Assembly (NCBI RefSeq): GCF_001194135.2
Contig: NC_068999.1
Location: 47,323,571 to 47,387,570, forward strand
From: Octopus bimaculoides
Taxonomy: Eukaryota
Length of the DNA stretch: 64,000 bases
Direction: 5' to 3'
Part shown: piece after piece, positions 59,101 through 64,000 of the stretch
How positions within the stretch are numbered: the first letter of the stretch is position 1
Layout of the letters: every line of letters begins with the position of its first letter
Program-made: the position numbers and the translations under genes
Notes under the pieces: model-generated
Told to the model about the DNA's origin: nothing
The model's input: the letters and a program-made list of their open reading frames with translations, nothing else
Databases searched by the model: none

Positions 59101-61698
59101 TGATTTCAGCATTGAGGCAGACCTTATTTTATTGTCAATGCAACTATAAATATTTCTTGTTTTATATTATACATTGAAGAATGAATTTTATATCTCACAT
59201 TAATCTTATACTTTTTATTGTAGGCTGGTTATCTCACGACCCACATCAAGGTATATAACACCTCTTCATTTATTTGATACTTGTTATATTAAATTTATTT
59301 CATATTTTTCTATGTGAAACAAATAAGTCATATCATGTCCTTCAGTATAAAGTAATAATGATTATAACTATGTAAGTTAATAGCCAGATTATGTCTACAA
59401 TATAGAATAACAATGATTATAACTACACAAAATGCTTTAGTGGTTGTATTACAAGAAACTTTATATTTCACATTGAGACCTCATCACTTAGAATTTTCAA
59501 ATCACATGTAACCTTGTCCAAGAAACTAGTGTTTCTCACAAATGGATACCAAAACTATTGAAACCAATTTCAGTGACATTCCTAAGTAGAATAGTCTGCT
59601 GAATTTCTAGAAATAAATTTAGTTTAAGAAGAAAAACTCGGAATATATGACACCTGTCGTCGTCGTTGTTTAACGTCCGCTTTCCATGCTAGCATGGGTT
59701 GGACGATTTGACTGAGGACTGGTGAAACCGGATGGTAACACCAGGCTCCAATCCAATTTGGCAAGTAATTACTTGTTTTTTTATAGAAAGTATGAGAATA
59801 TTGGGCCCCATTAAAAGCATTTAGGGAGTTTATGTGGGCTGTAAATTTAACTCTTATTCATATAGAGTTGAATTTGAATGAACTAAGCTTAACTTTGGCA
59901 GAGTAACTTTAGTTAACGCAACTAGTTTTAATATCTCTATAATAGTTTCAGCTCCACAATAGTTCCACTCCTTGGCCTTTAATGTTATCAAATTCCTCTG
60001 AATTTTCCTCAGCCGTCCAAGGTTTTCCTGTTGACAGCCATCAACAGCTGTCCCAGGCAAACATCTGTCTTGCAAGGCCTACAAAAGTTATTAGCTAACT
60101 AAAGTTTAGGCTGTCTCTAACGGATAAAGAAAGAAGATTCAATCCAAGAAGAGTTGTATCAATCAGCCTTGAGTTAAGTCTTCACAGTTTGGAGGAACCG
60201 TCTCTTATTTGTGAAGAAATAGTAACCATTAAAATTGTATCGAGTATGCAACAAAAATTTAGGAGTTACTTTGGTAGAAAGCAAAACAGAAGAGACTGGG
60301 AAATGATTGTGCATGATTGTGTTGAAAAGGTAGTGGTGGTGATTGGTGACATGCAGCAGTATTTGCTGACCAGAAACTACAGGAACTAACAAAGGTAGGT
60401 GCGACACTGCTTCAATTCTCATGGAATCATTTTCTTCCTTATATATAGAACTTATTCTGAAGAAATGAAAGACTAGAAATCAATTGCTCCAAAAAAATTA
60501 TTGATAGCGATTGACTAAGTCCTCGTTTTACAATTAATATAATGTGGAATTTTAATGAACTTTTATTTTTACCGTTATTTAGGTGCCTATGATGATGATG
60601 ATATCCAAGATCAAAGATCACGTCGTCGAACAACAGACGACGAAGACACAGTACTGGATAATGCAAGTGTAAACAGCCAAGATCAAGGTTAGCAATTCAT
60701 CTAAATATTTAATGTCTTATGTTGGTTGCTATGGTTATTCTATTGATTTTGTTTGCTGCTCTTTAAATAACTGAACTATCACTCTGAAACCCCATAAGCT
60801 TAAGAACTCATTTACCATATTTTAATGTGTTTAAGGAACCCTTTTTTTTTTTGTCAAAAATTAGGTTAAAAAAATATGGGAGTTTCTTATACATGGATAG
60901 TATTATAATCCCTTACAAAACCTTTTTTCCAAATTTTAAGTCCCAAAAATTAGGGGGGTTCCTTATACACATTAAAACATGGTAACTGTCAATACACAAC
61001 TGATTATTAAGGATATTGAAAAGAAATGTAATTTTAAGAGATTGAGTTATCTAAGACTATTAAGTTTGACATCTTAAAAGAACAATAAAAATGAATTGGT
61101 TATTAATGGCATTTGCGCTACAAATTATCGTTTAGTTTATTAAATGCTTAATTTTTGTTTTGACACTCTTTCAGATCGTAGACGGGATAAAAGAAGAAGG
61201 CGCAGAAGAAGATTGCGTGGTAATGGTAGTGCAGCTTCTGGTACTGAGACAGACACAAGTGTATCTAATTACAGGGGCCGCTACTCGGCACCACCATCGC
61301 GGGCCGGTTCTATGATGAGGAGCCCAAGTTACAATAACAACATGCATAAGCCAGAAGATTTCTCTGTGTCTGTTACGTCTGTCCATAATAACCACCATTC
61401 TCAATCTCCCCCACCTCACTCCTCACAAATGCATCTGCAGCTGGGAGGCAACCGGCCTACTTATAACAACAACAATAGTATGGTGGCAAATGAAAAAGAA
61501 ATTATTGTGAAAACAGAAAATGATTCTACACCCAAGCAACAACGAGATGCTCGCAAACAAACCCGTCAGCAACTCAGTGGCAGTGAATCCGACAGTAAAA
61601 ATATAAAGAGCAAGTCGAGCAACTCTGCAACTTCTCCTACTGCTACTACTACTCATTTCTGCAAATCAAAGGAACAGCTTGTTAATGGAGAACAATGA
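11504..61698 (+). CDS. FMR1: Fragile X messenger ribonucleoprotein (FMR1/FXR family) gene, complete: 16 coding exons, 701 aa
   Basis: join(11504-11554,12169-12221,30463-30559,33177-33331,34607-34672,34821-34914,34997-35113,35707-35874,36346-36424,39094-39203,52207-52293,52991-53094,55560-55681,57915-58088,60583-60687,61175-61698). Sum is 2106 nt, open frame, all introns GT..AG. Diagnostic motifs: [32 protein letters not shown] (KH1), [21 protein letters not shown] (KH2), [12 protein letters not shown] (NES), RGG box, RRRTTDDED, terminal LVNGEQ. Confidence 0.96.
12169..12221 (+). CDS. FMR1: FMR1 exon 2 ([17 protein letters not shown]), Agenet 1
   Basis: Acceptor ttttatttag, donor gtaagt, 53 nt, phase 0 to 2. 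Confidence 0.95.
15650..16100 (+). mobile_element. RTE-like LINE remnant, highly decayed
   Basis: KVRMGWDKF-like and ML-HGS-like segments; similar to the element at 49690. Confidence 0.5.
17360..17560 (+). mobile_element. SINE family A
   Basis: ...ctactatagccctggggccgaccaaagccctgcgagtggatttggtagac... Confidence 0.75.
17892..18140 (-). mobile_element. SINE family A containing a (CA)n tract and an assembly gap (N x10 at 17940-17949)
   Basis: aatccactcacaaggctttg...gctatagtagaagac...cagtgggactgaacc. Confidence 0.8.
19864..19979. repeat. 116-bp near-perfect palindrome (57-bp stem)
   Basis: Positions i and 39843-i pair throughout, with 3 mismatches, 2 G-U pairs and an AA loop at 19921-19922. 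Confidence 0.92.
20293..20500 (+). mobile_element. tRNA-derived SINE family B
   Basis: gcagaatcgttagc...aaaataagtaccgg...ggggttgatgtaatcgact...aggccttgtgc. Confidence 0.78.
20640..20864 (+). mobile_element. piggyBac-like MITE M1, copy 3
   Basis: tttagcattt...gtaggtgtgaaaggccagatctggcc...tgctaaaggg. Confidence 0.8.
22553..22824. mobile_element. hAT-like MITE nested in a family-C repeat
   Basis: 5' CAGTGCTTCTCAAA and 3' TTTGACTAGCAATG (11/14 complementary); flanking duplication with core GTTTAGA. Confidence 0.65.
23542..23604. repeat. (TA)n microsatellite
   Basis: Uninterrupted TA run; another lies at about 17775-17803. Confidence 0.97.
23996..24215 (+). mobile_element. piggyBac-like MITE M1, copy 4
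   Basis: TTAA|CCCTTTAAC...GCTAACGGG|TTAA. Confidence 0.85.
24643..25130 (+). mobile_element. 3' fragment of a restriction-like-endonuclease non-LTR retrotransposon (HERO/NeSL-like)
   Basis: Translates as [10 protein letters not shown]...ARK...[15 protein letters not shown]/(frameshift)GCRGFV...LGL...[14 protein letters not shown] stop (24942-24944), followed by a putative 3' UTR. Confidence 0.75.
27533..27757 (+). mobile_element. piggyBac-like MITE M1, copy 5
   Basis: ttagccctttagcattt...gtaggtgtgagggg...; degenerate right TIR. Confidence 0.75.
27964..28097 (+). mobile_element. MITE M1, truncated copy 6
   Basis: cctttagcattcagattattctatcaaatgtaat...gtaggtgtgagaggc. Confidence 0.7.
30463..30559 (+). 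CDS. FMR1: FMR1 exon 3 ([33 protein letters not shown])
   Basis: Long T-tract plus tag acceptor, donor gtaagt, 97 nt, phase 2 to 0. Confidence 0.93.
32018..32062. repeat. (CA)n microsatellite
   Basis: Uninterrupted CA run; others at about 10505-10525, 17950-17990 and 56104-56130. Confidence 0.95.
32484..32900 (-). repeat. Family C repeat with an internal duplication
   Basis: Two tandem gtccttcctaacaccaaccactttaca segments at about 32598 and 32698. Confidence 0.7.
33177..33331 (+). CDS. FMR1: FMR1 exon 4 (ALSRS...[19 protein letters not shown]...ERIRPLNE), Agenet 2
   Basis: Acceptor tactttcag, donor gtgagt, 155 nt, phase 0 to 2. Confidence 0.95.
33572..33784 (+). mobile_element. MITE M1, copy 7
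   Basis: ctttagcaatc...ttaggtgtgagggg...gtgctaaagggcttaa. Confidence 0.75.
34607..34672 (+). CDS. FMR1: FMR1 exon 5 ([21 protein letters not shown]), start of KH0/NLS region
   Basis: Acceptor gtttgtctag, donor gtaagt, 66 nt, phase 2 to 2. Confidence 0.93.
34821..34914 (+). CDS. FMR1: FMR1 exon 6 ([31 protein letters not shown])
   Basis: Acceptor ttcttcttcag, donor gttagt, 94 nt, phase 2 to 0. Confidence 0.92.
34997..35113 (+). CDS. FMR1: FMR1 exon 7 ([39 protein letters not shown])
   Basis: Acceptor ttaattttag, donor gtaagg, 117 nt, phase 0 to 0. Confidence 0.94.
35135..35494 (-). mobile_element. SINE family A, near full length, young; gap N x10 at 35310-35319
   Basis: Very similar to 55920-56302; tRNA-like head at the right end, (taaaagag)n-like tail at the left end. 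Confidence 0.88.
35707..35874 (+). CDS. FMR1: FMR1 exon 8, KH1 domain
   Basis: [46 protein letters not shown]; donor gtaaga; 168 nt. Confidence 0.97.
36346..36424 (+). CDS. FMR1: FMR1 exon 9 ([26 protein letters not shown])
   Basis: Acceptor ctattttag, donor gtaaga, 79 nt, phase 0 to 1. Confidence 0.96.
37990..38190 (+). mobile_element. SINE family B
   Basis: gttcaaattc B-box; cctttcatccttttggagtcgataaaat central domain (possibly Meta-domain-like, recalled). Confidence 0.82.
38462..38745 (+). mobile_element. SINE family A, older copy
   Basis: gttcagtcccactgcatggcaccttgtgcaagtgtcttctattatagcc...ctggggtcgatttgtttgactaaa. Confidence 0.82.
39094..39203 (+). CDS. FMR1: FMR1 exon 10, KH2 N-terminal part
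   Basis: [37 protein letters not shown]; donor gtatgt; 110 nt, phase 1 to 0. Confidence 0.97.
41050..42380 (+). mobile_element. CR1/L2-like LINE reverse-transcriptase remnant
   Basis: EGSVLS (like QGSVLGP) near 41138 and FPGDAKL (like FADDTKL) near 41242; many stops. Confidence 0.45.
43470..43720. repeat. Degenerate TA/TG low-complexity tract
   Basis: tgtgtatattatatgtgtat-type repeats; explains spurious ORFs 43438-43747. A similar tract lies at 2400-2580. Confidence 0.85.
44703..44822. repeat. 56-bp tandem duplication
   Basis: gtagtgatagaataggtagagaaatgagatgggacggggtatttgaYccagaggtt x2, one mismatch. Confidence 0.92.
45686..45895 (+). mobile_element. SINE family B
   Basis: ctttcatccttttggggttgatgaaataaagtaccagttgagcactggggtc. 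Confidence 0.8.
48895..49097. mobile_element. Tigger/pogo-like MITE with TA target duplication
   Basis: TA|CAGTAATCCCTTGCCATATTGCGG...CCGCGATAGTCGAGGGATTACTG|TA. Confidence 0.8.
49690..50175 (+). mobile_element. RTE-clade LINE 3' fragment, degenerate
   Basis: [17 protein letters not shown]...[15 protein letters not shown]...EKLGI...WYGHVM...KGRPRK, with stops and indels. Confidence 0.8.
52207..52293 (+). CDS. FMR1: FMR1 exon 11, KH2 C-terminal part ([29 protein letters not shown])
   Basis: T-tract plus cag acceptor, donor gtaagt, 87 nt. Confidence 0.95.
52991..53094 (+). CDS. FMR1: FMR1 exon 12, nuclear export signal ([16 protein letters not shown])
   Basis: Acceptor ttcattttag, donor gtgggt, 104 nt, phase 0 to 2. 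Confidence 0.94.
53200..53500 (-). mobile_element. Possible LINE 3' remnant
   Basis: [16 protein letters not shown] resembles the RLxGH motif of the post-RT region; weak. Confidence 0.3.
54270..54492 (+). mobile_element. MITE M1, copy 8
   Basis: ttaaccatttaatgtttagattactctgtcaaat...gtaggtgtgtgaggc...aaatgctt. Confidence 0.75.
55013..55240 (+). mobile_element. tRNA-headed short element with a hammerhead-ribozyme-like core (family E)
   Basis: B-box GGTTCAATACC at 55054-55064; CTGATGA-A-GGCTG(10 nt)CAGCC-GAAAC at 55159-55191. Confidence 0.65.
55154..55194 (+). ncRNA. Hammerhead ribozyme catalytic core remnant (stem I partner missing in this copy)
   Basis: Both conserved core strands flank a perfect 5-bp stem II; palindromic ACGT as minimal stem III. 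Confidence 0.5.
55560..55681 (+). CDS. FMR1: FMR1 exon 13, RG-rich ([22 protein letters not shown]...)
   Basis: Acceptor ccacccag, donor gtaagt, 122 nt, phase 2 to 1; the only candidate I found that bridges exons 12 and 14 in frame. Confidence 0.85.
55920..56302 (-). mobile_element. SINE family A, full length, young
   Basis: Complete head-to-tail copy with an internal (CA)n tract. Confidence 0.9.
57215..57400 (+). mobile_element. SINE family B, followed by a family-C fragment
   Basis: aaggcagcaagctggtggaatc...ggggttgataaaataagcaccagttgagcact. Confidence 0.75.
57915..58088 (+). CDS. FMR1: FMR1 exon 14, DWS motif and RGG box
   Basis: [15 protein letters not shown]...[17 protein letters not shown]; acceptor ctcttttaaag, donor gtaagt; 174 nt, phase 1 to 1. 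Confidence 0.92.
60583..60687 (+). CDS. FMR1: FMR1 exon 15 ([34 protein letters not shown])
   Basis: Acceptor cgttatttag, donor gttagc, 105 nt, phase 1 to 1; resembles the FXR1-type RRRRTDED..L motif. Confidence 0.9.
61175..61698 (+). CDS. FMR1: FMR1 terminal coding exon 16 (Arg-rich tract, low-complexity tail, LVNGEQ stop)
   Basis: Acceptor actctttcag; open frame to TGA at 61696-61698; ends in the family's LVNG motif. Confidence 0.92.
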
Positions 61699-64000
61699 GT
61701 AGGATTGCAGGTTTAGAATTCCCCTCCCTTTCCCTGACTTGTTGAAAGAATCGACTGAAGTCAGGTTTGCAGGCAAGGCAGACATTGAAATCAGTAACCA
61801 CTGATCAACGCTTATTGAATGGACTACACAGCTGGAAAAATGCTGTTGCTGCTCCAAAACATGATTAATTACATGAAAAAATGTTTTTAGAGAAAAAAAA
61901 AAACATGAGTAAATTTTTTAAAAGTTTCTTTAAAAAAAAAAATGTATTCCTGTGTGTTTAGGATGACTTACTACCCTGAATTGCCTAGACATTAGTCTAT
62001 TTTGTTTTCAATTCTGGACTGAGCTCAATCTATGCATATAATGTCGAGCAATTAGTTTGCTTTGACTGTTGCATTGTCTCAGAGTGCATGGTATATTTGG
62101 CCTAGACAGTTTGGGGGGAAAGTTGGCATGCACTGTGAAGGTAACAATGTTGTTAAATATTCTGGTACAATTAAGTTCTGCTAAAAGGTACAATGTTGGT
62201 AGCAGGGTCTACAATAGAGATATTGAAGCTGCTGGTAGCAGAATGTATTCCTTCAATCCGTGTTGGCCTAATTGAGTAAAATTTTTTCATGGTAAGATGA
62301 TTAACAGCAACCTTTCTACTACCAATGCTGCCACCTAACCTCATTTGGTTTGATTGCTTTTATTTTCATTTCAATTTACTTGCAGTCTGTAATCCGTTAA
62401 TTTTGGTTGGTTTTTTTTTTTTTTTTTAGACTTATCATTTTGGCATCTTATTTATTTCATTTCATTTCACTACAGGTATTTGAACATCTATTTAAGCTCT
62501 AATGTTAATGCAGTTGTTAATACTGCACACAGTAGTAAGTTTAGGGCGGAGGACTGCTATAGATGAGAAAATATCGTCAATCTTAAATTGAAAGCTAAGT
62601 GTAATTGTCTTCCCATTAATAGTTTTACTTGAAAGTACATTAATTAAATTAGTAGTGCTATAACTTCTAATTTCCATGTAGTATTCATTTGTTACCGATG
62701 AAATGGTTTAAATAAGCAAAGTTGCAATGTAGCTAAAAGGAGCTTCACATACTGAACTCCACAAGTGTTACAATTTCTCTCAACTGATTTTATCTACGGT
62801 TTATTTCTATAATATATGGAATAATATGACCACATAAAATTGAAAATTCTCCAAAATCAAGACATTGGTTCAGTTATTTTCTTCTTCATCAATAATTAAA
62901 AGCAATTAACATAGGCCTCTTGGTTAGTTACCTTACATAATTATTGTTGTCTTGATTTATTCCCATGAAAAATATAATCCAATACATTTAATAAACAGTT
63001 TTATGTGCAACATTTTTCAAACCCAAATATATCTACAAAGAAATTCCAATCTGGGCCAAACGTATTTCTCTCTAATTGCTAATTTCTTGCCACCCCCACC
63101 TATCTACAGACTACCCCTGCTTAAAAGATTTAAAAAAAGAAAAAAGTTATTAGCAATATGTGCATATAGCATTTTGATTGTTATATCTTTTTTTTTCATG
63201 GTCAACATATTAACAGTATTAGCTAATTATTTGCTCCTAAGATAACGTGTTGCTACCTTTTCTGCTAGCTTACTTTACCATTTAGCTTTTTACTGCTGTT
63301 TTTTTCATCTGTTTTTGCTGCTCTCGTTGCTTTCCGTTACGGGAGTGTTTAAATTATTTTTATGATGGAGTTTTGTTTTTTTTTTTTGTCAAAACAGAAT
63401 ATTAATGCTGGTGCTTTTTTTCTTTCTTTTTTTTTTATATCCCAATGTATTCTATATCAATTTAAAATCTATTTGTTCTAGTTGTTAATACTCTTTGATA
63501 GTATTTTTTTTTTCTTCAGTATGCTTAGTGTCTTTTCTTCAGTTAGTTTCACTATTTTGCATTAACCTGGACTATATTGACAACAGTAACAAAAGAAAAT
63601 TGTAGGTTTTAAAAAAAAAAAAAGTATTTTTGTTATTTGCTGTTATTTTGTTTTTGTGCTGTTTGATTTTTTAAGTGATTCTTTAGGTTTCAATTTACAG
63701 TGCACAGACTTAGTTAATGTTAAATATACCTGTTCTCAAATAGATTTCATTAAGGTGAGTTTAATCACCTTTATTTACTTTCCATTGTTTGATGAGAGAT
63801 ATTTCTACTGGTTTCGTTTTCTTTCCTGATTCAAACCCACCTGCCCCCCCATTTTAATGAAAAAAAAAATAAAAACTACAACACATGGATAACATTGCTT
63901 CTGGGTGGTCCAACTTTCCAGATATTCTATGTGATGCTGTTTATAAAAATAGCATAATGTACCACAACAGATTTATTAGAAGTGTCTAAAATACATATAT
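61699..64000 (+). other. FMR1: FMR1 3' UTR (long, U-rich, no recognisable transposon); end not defined
   Basis: Follows the stop codon; AATAAA at 62990-62995 and 63868-63873; many oligo-T tracts. Confidence 0.6.

Overview
AT-rich animal genomic DNA, rich in repeats and microsatellites. It is probably a coleoid cephalopod (Octopus-like); this is inferred from the repeat families and protein sequence, not proven. The window holds a complete FMR1/FXR-family (fragile X protein) gene on the + strand. I assembled it by hand from 16 coding exons (11504-61698). All introns are GT-AG and all phases join, giving a 2106-nt CDS and a 701-aa protein: tandem Agenet/Tudor, KH0, KH1, KH2, NES, RGG box and a C-terminal LVNG motif. 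Only 292 bp upstream of its ATG, a second gene starts on the - strand. It has three short phase-compatible exons (11211-11144, 1693-1660, 415-351) encoding an N-terminal FFAT motif (DEFYDAE), most similar to WDR44, and it runs off the left edge. The ORF track does not call it. Introns carry a decayed mariner transposon, RTE, CR1/L2 and HERO-like LINE fragments, several tRNA-derived SINE families, and piggyBac-, Tigger-, hAT- and Harbinger-like MITEs. Top leads: the compact head-to-head FMR1/WDR44-like promoter; a tRNA-headed short element carrying a hammerhead ribozyme core; a candidate 27-nt in-frame microexon after the RGG exon; a 57-bp intronic hairpin and inverted SINE pairs (possible ADAR or circRNA substrates); a four-unit tandem SINE array; and a MITE family whose eight copies all share one orientation relative to host transcription. 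Comparisons with human and fly genes are from memory and need database confirmation.
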